Positions 49,510 through 59,541 of a stretch of DNA of 64,000 nt are shown here, one piece after another (positions within the stretch are counted from its first letter, which is position 1; each line of letters starts with the position of its first letter). Made by a program: the position numbers and the translations under genes. The notes under the pieces were generated by a model that saw only the letters and a list, made by a program, of their open reading frames with translations, did no database searches and was not told the DNA's origin. The stretch is from Candidatus Omnitrophota bacterium (GTDB lineage: Bacteria; Omnitrophota; Gorgyraeia; 1-14-0-20-64-10), in contig JACOVG010000013.1 in the NCBI GenBank assembly GCA_016177405.1, positions 1,858 to 65,857 on the forward strand. Direction: 5' to 3'.

Positions 49510-50039
49510 GCTTAAGGTTGGCGAAATCCGCCCTGCTGTCGGCTGGGGTGCATGCCCTGTTCATTCTCCCCGCCATCCACTTCGGCTTGGCCGGCGCTCC
49601 TCCCAAGGCGGACGTGGTTCGGGGCCGGGCAATCCTGGAGCTGGAGTGGGTGGACCCCCAGCCCTTGGACAAAGAGGAAGGGGAAGAGGAGCAGCGGGAG
49701 AAGTTGGGATTCAAGCCCCAGGAGGCGGTGGTGACCCCGGGGGCTTTTTCGGTGGCCGCGCCGGCGGGTTTTCGCAATCCGGCGCCGGCCTATCCCTGGG
49801 CGGCGAGGCTTCGAGGCTGGCAGGGAACGGTGGTGCTTCGGGTTTCGGTCGCCGCCTCCGGTCTGCCGGAGAGGGTGGAGATCGCCGTAAGCTCGGGCCA
49901 CGCGGTTTTGGATCAGGCGGCCCTGGAGGCTTTAAGGGCTTGGCGGTTTGTTCCGGCTCGGAAGGGCTCTCAAGCGGTGGCTGGGGTGGTGGAGATTCCG
50001 GTGACATTCAAATTGGATGAATCGAAGGAGGAGTTATGA
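49506..50039 (+). CDS. tonB: Energy transducer TonB
   Basis: TTG start; N-terminal TM, Glu/Pro linker, TonB-C GTVVLRVSVAASGLPERVEIAVSSGHAVLDQAALEALRAWRF. Confidence 0.75.
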   Translation: MSLRLAKSALLSAGVHALFILPAIHFGLAGAPPKADVVRGRAILELEWVDPQPLDKEEGEEEQREKLGFKPQEAVVTPGAFSVAAPAGFRNPAPAYPWAARLRGWQGTVVLRVSVAASGLPERVEIAVSSGHAVLDQAALEALRAWRFVPARKGSQAVAGVVEIPVTFKLDESKEEL

Positions 50040-50548
50040 AGCTGACTTGGGTTCTGGTGGCGGTGGGGGGTTTGATGGCGGCGGCGTTTCAACATGAACT
50101 GGGCGCGGCTCCCATCTTGGGTGCTCTCTTGTGCGCGGCCTGCTTCTTGAGGCCTCGGGATCTTTTCTGGGTGGGCTTGGGCGGGATGCTGGTTCGTGAG
50201 CTCGCGATCGGCATTTCCGTCTTCAGCGCGGTGCGCCTGGTCGCGGTGGCGCTGGTGGCGGCGGCGCTGGTGGCCCTGAAGGTTCGCCCCAGCTTTCGCT
50301 CCATCCTGACTGGACTGCTGGTTTCCTCGCCGATCTTTCATCTGTCCCTTTCGGTTGGAGACTGGCTGACCGGCTTCTGCGGCGTTTGGCCCAAGACGGC
50401 CGCGGGCTTGACCGGAGCGATTGTCACGGCGCTGCCTTACTTTCAGCGGTCGCTGGTCGGAGATTTCCTTTTCTCCAGCCTCTTCTTGGGGCTCTACACC
50501 GGTTTGGCTTATTGGACCACCGCGGTCCGGACCCGCGCCGCTTCGTGA
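50036..50548 (+). CDS. Polytopic inner-membrane protein, family unassigned
   Basis: 170 aa, ~5 TM, translationally coupled between the two TonB genes. Confidence 0.5.
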   Translation: MKLTWVLVAVGGLMAAAFQHELGAAPILGALLCAACFLRPRDLFWVGLGGMLVRELAIGISVFSAVRLVAVALVAAALVALKVRPSFRSILTGLLVSSPIFHLSLSVGDWLTGFCGVWPKTAAGLTGAIVTALPYFQRSLVGDFLFSSLFLGLYTGLAYWTTAVRTRAAS

Positions 50549-51240
50549 GACTGAAAGGGGCCCTGGGCTGGTCGTTGGCGCTCCACGCGGGAGTGCTGGC
50601 CCTGCCTTTGCCGCGCGGCTTCATCGCTTACGTCCCGACCGGCAAGCCCCTTTCCGTTACCTTTATGGGATCTCCGTCTGTCGCAGCAGCGGCGGCGGCC
50701 GCGAAGCAGGCGGCTGTGAAAGCCCAGGATTTGGTGGAGGTCAAGCGCCCCTCGGTAAGCCCTGCCGCGGCGGCCGTCGAAAAACCCCGGCGGGCTCCGC
50801 CTCCGGCCCCGGCCCGGCTTGAGAAACCGGCGCCCAAACCCGCCGCTCCGGCTCCGTCCCGGAAGGAGTTGGCCGGGCCGCTCAAGGGTCCGGCGCCGCC
50901 TGAACATCAAGCGGAGAGATCCCGGGATGACGGCGGGGCGTCAATCCAGATGCTGTCGGGCTCTTTCCTCTCCCTGGAGCATCGGCAAAAGGTGAGGGAA
51001 CACCTGAAGGGCCGCTTGACCTTTCCGGCGGTCTGGATTCGGGGTTTTGTCCATATGCGCTTGACCCTGGAGCCCGAAGGGCGGTTGGTGACTGCCCAGG
51101 TTCTGGAGAGCTCTGACCCCAAGCTTTCCGAGGCTGCCCTCCGGGAGGTCCAGCAGGCGGCCCCTTATCCCGCCTTCTCCCGCGACGTTTCCGAGGCCGC
51201 CCTCCAGTACGACTTCCTCATCCGCTACGAGCCCGACTAA
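50545..51240 (+). CDS. Second TonB-C/TolA-like domain protein with Ala/Pro-rich linker
   Basis: GTG 50545 overlaps the upstream stop; C-terminal GFVHMRLTLEPEGRLVTAQVLESS...AAPYPAF. Confidence 0.6.
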   Translation: MRLKGALGWSLALHAGVLALPLPRGFIAYVPTGKPLSVTFMGSPSVAAAAAAAKQAAVKAQDLVEVKRPSVSPAAAAVEKPRRAPPPAPARLEKPAPKPAAPAPSRKELAGPLKGPAPPEHQAERSRDDGGASIQMLSGSFLSLEHRQKVREHLKGRLTFPAVWIRGFVHMRLTLEPEGRLVTAQVLESSDPKLSEAALREVQQAAPYPAFSRDVSEAALQYDFLIRYEPD

Positions 51241-51293
51241 CCTCCCCCCGCCCTCTGTGTGGGGGTTTGCCGGCCACGGGTCCTCGCAGACCA

Positions 51294-51790
51294 CCCCGCC
51301 TTTGGTCTGGGGGAGAGGGCTCGCTCCGGAGATCTGGATGCCAGCTTCCGAGGCCCCCGCCCGGTGTGTGGGGGTTTGCCGGCCACGGGTCCTGCCGCCT
51401 GCGGGTACTCCCGCCGTCCGTCCTCGGCCCCTCGACTCCGTTCGTCCAGAGCTTGTCGAAGGACGAACGTCGCTCGGGACCTGCGGGCGTGGCGGCGGGT
51501 CCTCCCTCCGGCGTCACCCGTGTCCGCAGTCTCACCCCACACCCCGATCCGTCTCTTCGTAAGAGAGCACCCCGCCCTGGGGATGGGGGAAGGGCGAGCC
51601 TTAGGAGATCCTGGCGGTGGTCCGCAGGACCAGGGCGCGCAGGAGCGAAGCGCAGCGGAAACGGCGCCATTGGGTCTGGCCGCTCCCCCGCTGGATTTGG
51701 GCGAGGGTGGACGCCGAGGTTCTGCAAGCGGAGCGCCGAGCACCCAGCCAGATCTCCGGAGCGAGCCCTCTCCCCCAGACCAAGGGCGGG
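51294..51790. repeat. Non-coding GC-rich element bounded by 44-bp inverted repeats (51294-51337 / 51747-51790, 1 mismatch) with a 28-bp direct repeat (51257-51284, 51366-51393)
   Basis: Direct sequence comparison; internal perfect hairpin CGTTCGTCC-N13-GGACGAACG at ~51450-51480. Confidence 0.7.
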
Positions 51791-51832
51791 GGAACTCCGA
51801 TGAACTGGGGAGTCGGAATGTTTCGAGAAGGG

Positions 51833-51861
51833 TTGACGGGGGGGCGGGGGCGTTGTATCAT
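51833..51861 (+). promoter_or_regulatory. Sigma70-type promoter of rpsU: -35 TTGACG, 17-nt spacer, -10 TATCAT
   Basis: Near-consensus hexamers ~25 nt upstream of SD AAGGAG and ATG 51885. Confidence 0.6.
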
Positions 51862-51884
51862 GATTTTAAAGGAGTTACGAACTC

Positions 51885-52055
51885 ATGCCGGTTGTCGAAG
51901 TCCGAGAAAACGAGCCTCTAGAGAAGGCCTTAAGGCGCCTTAAAAAGAAGGTCGAACGGGAAGGGATCCTCAAGGTCGTTCGGGCCCGGAAGCATTACGA
52001 GAAACCTTCGGTCGCTCGGCGGCGAAAGCTGCGAGAAGGCCGAAGACGATTTTAG
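51885..52055 (+). CDS. rpsU: 30S ribosomal protein S21
   Basis: 56 aa [42 protein letters not shown]...; not in the ORF track (<60 aa). Confidence 0.85.
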   Translation: MPVVEVRENEPLEKALRRLKKKVEREGILKVVRARKHYEKPSVARRRKLREGRRRF

Positions 52056-52088
52056 AACCGGCCTCATAAACCCCCGTGGTCGTGATTT

Positions 52089-54743
52089 ATGAAGCCGGTT
52101 TTATCTCTTTTTCTCGCCCTCCTCGTTACGGGTTGCCGGAGTCTGCCAGTGGCTAAACCAGAATTGCCCGCGATTTCGGGGCCCGTGGCGGCCGCCGCCC
52201 CCATTCATCGGAAGGTCCTCCCCAACGGCCTCGTCCTTTTGGTGGAGGAAGATCCTTCCAAACCCCTGGTGGCGTTCCACGCGGTGGTCCGCGCCGGCTC
52301 CGCCACGGAGGGGGAATTCCTTGGCAGCGGCATCTCCCACGTGGTGGAGCATATGCTCTTCAAGGGAACTGGGCGCCGCGGCGTGGGCCAGGTGGAAGCG
52401 GAGGCCCGCTCGTATGGGGGCACCACCCAGGGATACACCACGTACGACACCACCGCGTATCAGCTGACGGTGAACAAAGAGTTCTGGCGCCAGGGAGCCG
52501 ACCTCCTCCTCGACGCCCTCTTCTCCCCCAGCATGGATGCCGCCGAATTCTCCAAGGAGAGGGACGTGGTCCTGCGGGAATTGAAGATGCGGGATGACGA
52601 TCCCGAGCGGCTGGCCTGGGATCTCCTCTTTGAAACGGCCTACCAGGTCCATCCGTACCGGATCCCGATCATCGGATACGAGCCCCTCATGACCCGGTTG
52701 ACCCGGGAGGAGGCGGCCGCTTACCACCGCAGGTATTACGTGCCTAACAACGTGGTCCTGGCGGTGACCGGGGATGTCAAGGCCAAGGAGCTGTTCGACC
52801 GGGTTGAGGAGCTGACCCAGGCCATCCCGCCGGGGAGGGTCCCTCCCAGCACCAGAGTGGAGGAGCCCCTCCAGCTTTCCCCGCGCGAGGCGCTGAAGGA
52901 AGCGCCTGCCGCCCACGCGATCTTGGCGGTTGGTTTTCCGGGGGTGGCGCTTGCCAGCGACGATCTCTTTGCCCTGGACTGCCTTTCCTGGATCTTGGGC
53001 GGCGGCAGGGGCTCGGTCCTGGAAAAAGGCCTGAAGGAAACCGGCGTGGTCTACTCGGTTCATTCGTACCATTACACCCCTAGCCAGCGTGGCCTTTTCG
53101 TTGTTTCCATGCGCCTTGAGCCGGAGAATCTTGCCCGGGCCAAGGCGCTTCTTGGGGAGGCGCTTCGCCAGGTCCGAGAGGAACCCCTTCCCCCGCGGGA
53201 GATTGAGGCCGCCCAAAAGGCGGTGGTCCGGGAGTATCTGTCCGGCCGTCAAACGGTGGCAGGCCGGGCCTCCGATTTGGCCACCCATGAGGTTTTGGCC
53301 GGGGATCCCGACTTCTCCCGAAGGTACGTCGAGAGGATGATGAAGCTCACCCCGCAGGATTTGCAGAGGGTCGCGCGCCGTTATCTTGATGGCGAGCGGA
53401 TGACGGTCACCACCCTGGTGCCCCAGGGAAGGGCTTCTGAAGGCGCCTTTTCCTCGGCCCAAGCCGCGGCGGCGCCCGCCAAACCGGAGCTTGCGGCCTT
53501 GAAGAACGGCCTGCGGCTGATCCTGCTTGAGGATCACCGCGTCCCTCTCGTGACCATCCAGGTCTCGATGGCGGCGGGGGTGCGCTGTGAGGACGATGAG
53601 AACAATGGGATCTCCGCCCTGACCGCCCGCATGCTCCTGCGCGGCACGCGCCGGCGAGGCCCGGCCGAGCTCAACGACCTTCTCCGGGGGATGGGGGCCT
53701 CGCTCGTGTCCGTAAGCGGCAGGAACTCCTTGAACCTGACGATCGAGGTGGTCGGCTCCGAGCTTCCCAAGGCCGTTTCCCTTTTGGGCGAGATCATTCA
53801 GGAGCCCGGCTTTTCCACCGACGAGCTCGAGAAGGAGCGCAAGCTCCTCTTGGCGGAGCTCGCGGCCCAGGAGGAGGACCCTTTTTCCTGGGGGATCCGC
53901 CGGCTCATGCGGACCCTCTTCACCGTTCATCCCTACCGCCTGGATCCTCTCGGGAACAAGGAGGCGGTCTCCCGCGTCACCCACGCGGAGCTCGAAGCGT
54001 TCTTCGACATGATCAGAGATCCCAAGTGGATGGTGGTGGGAATGGCCGGCGACTTCAAGAAAGAGGAGGCGGTAAGGCATCTGACGGCCGCGTTCGAGAA
54101 GGTTTCCCCGGGGCCTGGCGCCCTGCCGGAGCCCCCGGAGGAGCCGGAGTTGACCTCCCCCCGCTCCCACCTGGAGGCGGTCCCCCGTCAGGAGGGGCTC
54201 GTCTTGATCGGCTTCCCGGGGATTGCTCTTTCGGATCCCCGCCTGCCGCTCGTTGATTTGGCGGAAAACCTTCTCTCGGGCGGGGCCGGGCGCCTCTTTG
54301 CCGAGGTCCGGGAGCGGCGCGGCCTGGCCTACGCGGTGGGCGCCTCGGCGATCCATGGGGTGGATCCCGGCGCCTTCGTCCTTTACGCCCTGGCGGAACC
54401 CGCTAAGATGGATGAGGTGCGGGAGGCGCTCCTGGACCAGATGAGGCGCCTATCGAGAGAACCGTTCGATCCGCAGGAGTTCCAAAGGGCCAAGCAGGGT
54501 CTTTTGGGGGCGCGGCGGATCGCCCGCCAATCGGCCGGCGCCAGGCTCTCCCAGTTGTGCCTGAACGAGCTTTATGGTTTGGGGCTTGATTTTGACGAGC
54601 GGTATGAAGCCGGGATTCTGATGGCGACGGAGGAGGATGTCCGCAGGGGCATGTTCGAGGTTCTGAATCCGGAACAGCATGTGGTGGTGATCGGCCAACC
54701 CGCGGCTTCCGAGGAGCCGGCGGGCGCGGAGCTTGGCCGGTGA
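52089..54743 (+). CDS. Tandem (two-unit) M16-family zinc peptidase, lipoprotein/secreted
   Basis: 884 aa; HVVEHMLFKGT inverted zinc motif in the first unit, inactive-type second unit; lipobox LLVTGC. Confidence 0.85.
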   Translation: MKPVLSLFLALLVTGCRSLPVAKPELPAISGPVAAAAPIHRKVLPNGLVLLVEEDPSKPLVAFHAVVRAGSATEGEFLGSGISHVVEHMLFKGTGRRGVGQVEAEARSYGGTTQGYTTYDTTAYQLTVNKEFWRQGADLLLDALFSPSMDAAEFSKERDVVLRELKMRDDDPERLAWDLLFETAYQVHPYRIPIIGYEPLMTRLTREEAAAYHRRYYVPNNVVLAVTGDVKAKELFDRVEELTQAIPPGRVPPSTRVEEPLQLSPREALKEAPAAHAILAVGFPGVALASDDLFALDCLSWILGGGRGSVLEKGLKETGVVYSVHSYHYTPSQRGLFVVSMRLEPENLARAKALLGEALRQVREEPLPPREIEAAQKAVVREYLSGRQTVAGRASDLATHEVLAGDPDFSRRYVERMMKLTPQDLQRVARRYLDGERMTVTTLVPQGRASEGAFSSAQAAAAPAKPELAALKNGLRLILLEDHRVPLVTIQVSMAAGVRCEDDENNGISALTARMLLRGTRRRGPAELNDLLRGMGASLVSVSGRNSLNLTIEVVGSELPKAVSLLGEIIQEPGFSTDELEKERKLLLAELAAQEEDPFSWGIRRLMRTLFTVHPYRLDPLGNKEAVSRVTHAELEAFFDMIRDPKWMVVGMAGDFKKEEAVRHLTAAFEKVSPGPGALPEPPEEPELTSPRSHLEAVPRQEGLVLIGFPGIALSDPRLPLVDLAENLLSGGAGRLFAEVRERRGLAYAVGASAIHGVDPGAFVLYALAEPAKMDEVREALLDQMRRLSREPFDPQEFQRAKQGLLGARRIARQSAGARLSQLCLNELYGLGLDFDERYEAGILMATEEDVRRGMFEVLNPEQHVVVIGQPAASEEPAGAELGR

Positions 54744-55123
54744 GTGACCTTCCGGGTGTCCCCAAGAGGGTGGACGAGTCTTGGAAGTCCCAGGTGGAAC
54801 GGGAAAAGCAGGGCGCCCCGCCCTCCAAGGCCAACGGTCCCTCGAAGCCCTCCGCCTCCGGCCGGGAGGCTCCCACCTCGGCCGCCTTCACCCACCTGGT
54901 TTCATCCGTCTCCATGCAGGCGATGATGTTTCTGGGGGAGGTGCCCAACCCCATGACCGGTCAAGCCGAGACGGATCTGGAGCAGGCCCGCTCCCTGATC
55001 GACATGGTGGGGATGCTCAAGGAGAAGACCCAGGGAAATCTGAACGCCGAAGAGGAGAAGCTCTTGTCCGGGGTGCTGTTTGAGCTAAGAACCAAGTTTG
55101 TGGAAAGGTCCAAGGTTCCATGA
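54740..55123 (+). CDS. DUF1844-like protein
   Basis: FTHLVSSVSMQAMMFLGEVPNP motif. Confidence 0.55.
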   Translation: MSDLPGVPKRVDESWKSQVEREKQGAPPSKANGPSKPSASGREAPTSAAFTHLVSSVSMQAMMFLGEVPNPMTGQAETDLEQARSLIDMVGMLKEKTQGNLNAEEEKLLSGVLFELRTKFVERSKVP

Positions 55124-56136
55124 TCTGGCCCATCGTTTTTGCGGTGGTTGTTCTGGGCCTTCTGCTCGCCCTCCTTTTCAAGACCTGGAATCTGGTGAGC
55201 GGGCCCTTGCCGGCGGAGAAGCTGGAGAAGCTCAACCAGCTGGATGCCCTCACGCAAACGTTGGCCCAGCTTTCCGCGGCAGTCAACAATCTTCAGGCCC
55301 AGTGGGGCAGAGATTCCGCCTTGCAGTCCGACCTGGGGAAACTCCTCAAGCAGGTGGGAGAAACCTCGAGGGATCTGGCGACGCTCAAGGGGGAAAGGCA
55401 GAAGGACCTGGAGGCTTCCCAAAAGAAGCTTCACGAAATCAGCGACCGCCTGGGGTCGGTTCAGTCAACCCTCACGGGACGGAAATCGGGACAGGCAGGG
55501 GAGAACATCTTGCGGGAGGTCCTGCGCGTCTTTCCCCCCGAGTGGATCCAAAGCCCCTACCGGGATGTCGAGTTCGGCCTGGTTCTTTTCGACCGGAGGG
55601 TGGTCCCGGTGGATTCCAAGTTCACCGGCATAGAGCTGTTGGATCAATTGGGCCAGAGCCAGAATGAAAATGAGAAAGCCGCTCTGGCCAAGGAGATCGA
55701 GCGGAGGATCCTGGAACGGGCCCGGGAGGTCTCCAAGTATCTCGACCCCTCCTCGACCACATCGGTGGCGGTCTGCGCGGTTCCCGACTCGGCCTACGGC
55801 CTTTTGAGAAAGGCGCACTACAGCTCTTACAAGGAGTACCGGGTGGTCCTCATGCCCTATTCGATGACGGTGCCTTACCTCTTGTCGCTGTACGATCTCC
55901 ACTTGAGCAACGTCGGGCAGATCGACGAGGTCCGCCTGGAGGCCTTTGTCGCTTCCGTGGAGCAAGCGGTGAAGACGCTCAACGAGGTCATGGAGAACAA
56001 GGTCAAGGATGCCGGCACGCGCGTGAGCAACGCCTATCGCGAGTGCGTGCAGGCCATCGGGGTGATTGAGGGGGCCTTGGCCAATTTGAAATCAAGCCGT
56101 GTTCAAACCCTTACGCAAATGGAGGTGGAGGGATGA
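55120..56136 (+). CDS. rmuC: DNA recombination protein RmuC
   Basis: 338 aa, N-terminal TM, coiled coil, RmuC domain. Confidence 0.85.
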   Translation: MIWPIVFAVVVLGLLLALLFKTWNLVSGPLPAEKLEKLNQLDALTQTLAQLSAAVNNLQAQWGRDSALQSDLGKLLKQVGETSRDLATLKGERQKDLEASQKKLHEISDRLGSVQSTLTGRKSGQAGENILREVLRVFPPEWIQSPYRDVEFGLVLFDRRVVPVDSKFTGIELLDQLGQSQNENEKAALAKEIERRILERAREVSKYLDPSSTTSVAVCAVPDSAYGLLRKAHYSSYKEYRVVLMPYSMTVPYLLSLYDLHLSNVGQIDEVRLEAFVASVEQAVKTLNEVMENKVKDAGTRVSNAYRECVQAIGVIEGALANLKSSRVQTLTQMEVEG

Positions 56137-56309
56137 TCGACAAAGAGCTGCTCGCGATCCTGGCTTGCCCGGCCTGCAAGGCCGCCGTCATCCTGCAGGG
56201 GGAAAGGATCGTCTGCGTGAACGCCGCCTGCGGGCTTCGGTATCCCATCCGGGAGGGGATACCGGTCATGCTGGTGGAAGAGGCGGAGAAACCTGGCGCG
56301 GCCCCATGA
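56133..56309 (+). CDS. Trm112/UPF0434-family small zinc-ribbon-like protein
   Basis: 58 aa [19 protein letters not shown]...[15 protein letters not shown]; not in the ORF track. Confidence 0.6.
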   Translation: MIDKELLAILACPACKAAVILQGERIVCVNAACGLRYPIREGIPVMLVEEAEKPGAAP

Positions 56310-56749
56310 CCAAGATCCTGGTGATTCACGGTCCCAACCTGCAGCTCCTGGGCCGGCGCGAGCCTTCGATCTATGGCCGGGCGACCTTGCCCCAGATCAA
56401 CCGGGAGCTCACCCGGCTGGCCCGGAAGCTCAAGGTGGCGCTCACCTTTCTTCAGTCGAACCACGAGGGAGAGCTGGTCGAGGCGATCGGCCGCTCCGGG
56501 AAGGTTTACCGGGGGATCCTCATCAACCCGGCCGCCTACACCCACACGTCGGTGGCGATCCGGGACGCCCTGGAGGCGGTGGGCCTGCCGGTGGTGGAGG
56601 TCCACTTGAGCAACATCTACGCCCGGGAGGCGTTCCGGCACACCTCGGTGATCGCCCCGGTGGCCCGGGGGCAGATCTCCGGTTTCGGGACGGAAAGCTA
56701 CACCCTGGGGCTGACCGCCCTGGTTGGCTTGCTTAAGAAGTCGAGGTAA
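56306..56749 (+). CDS. aroQ: 3-dehydroquinate dehydratase type II
   Basis: [20 protein letters not shown]...; start at ATG 56306, upstream ORF extension rejected. Confidence 0.9.
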   Translation: MTKILVIHGPNLQLLGRREPSIYGRATLPQINRELTRLARKLKVALTFLQSNHEGELVEAIGRSGKVYRGILINPAAYTHTSVAIRDALEAVGLPVVEVHLSNIYAREAFRHTSVIAPVARGQISGFGTESYTLGLTALVGLLKKSR

Positions 56750-56761
56750 AATAGAGCCTTC

Positions 56762-57319
56762 ATGATCTCCACCAATCAGTTCAAAACCGGCATGGTCCTC
56801 GTGTTCGACGGGGAGCTTTACACCCTGGTCGAGTTTCAACACGTCAAGCCCGGCAAGGGGGCGGCCTTTGTCCGGACGAAGCTCCGGTCGTTCAAGACCG
56901 GGAACATCCTCGCCCGAACCTTCGACGCCGGCGAGAAGTTTGAGGACGCCTTCATCGAGAAGCGCAGCTTGCAGTTTCAGTACCGGGCCGGAACCACCTA
57001 CCACTTTATGGACAACGAGACCTACGAGAGCCAGGCCTTCGAGGCCGCCGACCTGGGCGACGCGGCCCACTTCCTGATGGAGAACATGGAGGTGAAGGCG
57101 GAGTTTTACCAGGGGCGCCTCATGGGGATGGAGCTGCCGACGACGGTGGTGCTTCAGGTCACCGAGTCGGATCCGGGCCTGCGGGGGGACACCTCCAAGT
57201 CCTCCATGAAGCCGGCCCTGCTGGAGACGGGCTTCAAGATTCAGGTGCCTCTTTTTATCGAGCCCGGCGAGCGGATCAAGGTGGACACCCGAAACGGGGA
57301 GTACCTCGGGAGGGCCTAA
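56762..57319 (+). CDS. efp: Elongation factor P
   Basis: 185 aa. Confidence 0.95.
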   Translation: MISTNQFKTGMVLVFDGELYTLVEFQHVKPGKGAAFVRTKLRSFKTGNILARTFDAGEKFEDAFIEKRSLQFQYRAGTTYHFMDNETYESQAFEAADLGDAAHFLMENMEVKAEFYQGRLMGMELPTTVVLQVTESDPGLRGDTSKSSMKPALLETGFKIQVPLFIEPGERIKVDTRNGEYLGRA

Positions 57320-57325
57320 GAACTC

Positions 57326-57772
57326 ATGGTCAACCTCAAAGAGCTGAAAGAGCTGATCGCCCTGATGAACGAGCATCAGCTGGTGGAGGTGGAGCTGGAA
57401 CGGGAGGGGATGAAGGTCCGCCTGCGCAAGGCCGGATCCGGCGAGGAGTCGGTTCTGGTGCAGAGGATCGCGGCCTCACCGCAGGCCTCCGGGGGCGCTC
57501 CCGCGCCCGTGGAGCAGGTCCCCGCGGCGGCCGGCGTGGAGATCAAATCCCCCATGGTGGGGACCTTCTACCGGGCGCCGGCCCCTGAAGCGCCTCCCTT
57601 CGTGGAGGTGGGTCAGGTCATTGAGCCGGGCCAGGTCCTGTGCATCATTGAGGCGATGAAGCTGATGAACGAGATCAAATCCGAGGTCAAGGGACGGTTG
57701 GTCAAGATCTTGGTTGAAAATGCCCAGCCCATCGAGTTTGGTCAGGTCCTCTTCCTCGTCGAGCCCGCGTAG
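57326..57772 (+). CDS. accB: Biotin carboxyl carrier protein
   Basis: EAMKLMN biotinyl motif. Confidence 0.9.
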   Translation: MVNLKELKELIALMNEHQLVEVELEREGMKVRLRKAGSGEESVLVQRIAASPQASGGAPAPVEQVPAAAGVEIKSPMVGTFYRAPAPEAPPFVEVGQVIEPGQVLCIIEAMKLMNEIKSEVKGRLVKILVENAQPIEFGQVLFLVEPA

Positions 57773-57784
57773 CCCCAGCGCGAC

Positions 57785-59158
57785 GTGTTCTCAAAGATCC
57801 TGATCGCCAACCGGGGAGAGATCGCCGTCCGGATCATCCGCGCCTGCCGGGAGATGGGGATCCGGTCCGTGGCGGTCTATTCGGAGGCCGACGTGGATTG
57901 CCTCCACGTCCGGCTCGCCGATGAGGCCGTCTGCATCGGGCCGGCCGCCTCGGCGGCGAGCTACCGGAACATTCCCGCCTTGATTTCGGCGGCCGAGATC
58001 ACCGATGTGGAGGCGATCCACCCCGGCTACGGCTTCCTCGCGGAGAACGCCCACTTCGCCGAGATCTGCGAATCGTGCAAGATCACCTTCATCGGGCCCC
58101 ACCCCGAGGCGATCCGCCTGATGGGAGACAAGATCGAGGCCAAGAAGGTGATGGGCAAGGCGGGGGTCCCGCTCATTCCGGGCACGCCGGCGGCCGTCAC
58201 CACCAAGGAAGAGGCCCTGCGGGCGGCGAAGTCGATCCGCTACCCCATCATCATCAAGGCCGCGGCCGGAGGCGGCGGCAAGGGAATGCGGGTGGCCCAC
58301 AACGACGTGCGGCTCATCTCCGCCTTCATGACCGCTCAGGCCGAGGCCGAGGCGGCCTTTGGCGTGCCCGACGTCTACATCGAAAAATACATCGAACGGC
58401 CCCGCCACGTGGAGATTCAGGTGGCCGGGGACGCTCACGGCCACGTGGTCGCCTTCGGCGAGCGGGACTGCTCGATCCAGCGCAGGCACCAGAAGCTGAT
58501 CGAGGAATCTCCCTCCCCGGTGGTGGATTCCAAGCTGCGCCGCCGGATGGGCGAGGCGGCGGTCCGGGGGGCCAAGGCGGTCAATTACAATTCCTTGGGG
58601 ACGCTGGAGTTCCTCGTGGACGACGCGGGGAACTTCTATTTCATGGAAATGAACACCCGCGTCCAGGTGGAGCACCCGGTCACCGAGGCGGTCACCGGGA
58701 TAGACCTGATCAAGGAGCAGATCCGGGTGGCCGCCGGCGAGCGGCTGGGCTTTCACCAGGAGGAGATCCATGTGAACGGGCACGCCATCGAGTGCCGGGT
58801 GAACGCCGAGGACCCGGAGCAGGATTTCATGCCCTGCCCGGGAGAGGTCACCTTCTATCAGCCGCCGGGCGGGCCTCACGTCCGGGTGGACAGCCACCTC
58901 TACGCCGGCTATCGGGTTCCTCCGCATTACGACTCCCTGCTGGCCAAGGTGATCGTCCACGGCAGGGACCGCCGCGAGGCGGTCGCCGTGATGAGCCGGG
59001 CCTTGGAGGAGATGATGGTCGAACCGATCAAGACCACCCTGCCGTTTCACCGGAAGGTGATGCGGAATCCCGATTTCCTGGCCGGGCGCTACACCACCGA
59101 TTTTGTGGAGCGGATGATGGGCACCTCGAAGACCGCTTCGGAGCTCGTGGGGACTTAG
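57785..59158 (+). CDS. accC: Biotin carboxylase
   Basis: 457 aa ATP-grasp. Confidence 0.95.
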   Translation: MFSKILIANRGEIAVRIIRACREMGIRSVAVYSEADVDCLHVRLADEAVCIGPAASAASYRNIPALISAAEITDVEAIHPGYGFLAENAHFAEICESCKITFIGPHPEAIRLMGDKIEAKKVMGKAGVPLIPGTPAAVTTKEEALRAAKSIRYPIIIKAAAGGGGKGMRVAHNDVRLISAFMTAQAEAEAAFGVPDVYIEKYIERPRHVEIQVAGDAHGHVVAFGERDCSIQRRHQKLIEESPSPVVDSKLRRRMGEAAVRGAKAVNYNSLGTLEFLVDDAGNFYFMEMNTRVQVEHPVTEAVTGIDLIKEQIRVAAGERLGFHQEEIHVNGHAIECRVNAEDPEQDFMPCPGEVTFYQPPGGPHVRVDSHLYAGYRVPPHYDSLLAKVIVHGRDRREAVAVMSRALEEMMVEPIKTTLPFHRKVMRNPDFLAGRYTTDFVERMMGTSKTASELVGT

Positions 59159-59162
59159 GGGG

Positions 59163-59492
59163 ATGCCTCGGAAAACGGACCTGGGGACCGTTTCGATTCA
59201 CCATGAGGTGATCGGCTCGATCGCCGCCGCGGCCGCCAAGGAGGTGGCCGGCGTGGCGGGGGTCTGGAAGGGTTTCTTTCCGTGGGGCTCCGCTTCGGGC
59301 GTCAAGGTCCTGACCCGGGACCAGGAGACCCGGATTTGGATTTCTCTGGTGGTGGATTACGGGGTGAGCCTCCCCCAGATGGCGAGCCAGGTTCAGGAGC
59401 GGGTTTCTGAAATGGTCGAGCGCATGACCCACCTGGCCGTCACCGAGGTGCACGTTTCCATCGCCCACGTGCATGGCAAGGGCGATGCCTAA
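59163..59492 (+). CDS. Asp23/Gls24-family alkaline shock protein
   Basis: 109 aa. Confidence 0.8.
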   Translation: MPRKTDLGTVSIHHEVIGSIAAAAAKEVAGVAGVWKGFFPWGSASGVKVLTRDQETRIWISLVVDYGVSLPQMASQVQERVSEMVERMTHLAVTEVHVSIAHVHGKGDA

Positions 59493-59495
59493 AGA

Positions 59496-59541
59496 CGTCA
59501 TCCTCACGAAAGTGAGGATCCCCGCTTTCGCGGGGATGACG
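59496..59541 (+). promoter_or_regulatory. Leader with mutually exclusive hairpins (ATCCTCAC-GAAA-GTGAGGAT; CCCCGC-TTTC-GCGGGG; outer CGTCATCC/GGATGACG) just upstream of SD AGGAGG
   Basis: Perfect inverted repeats read directly from the sequence. Confidence 0.3.

Noticed and set aside
52056-52120. AACCGGC...GCCGGTT followed by a T-rich run as a terminator after rpsU
   Set aside because: 30-nt loop, and the T-run encodes the signal peptide of the M16 peptidase
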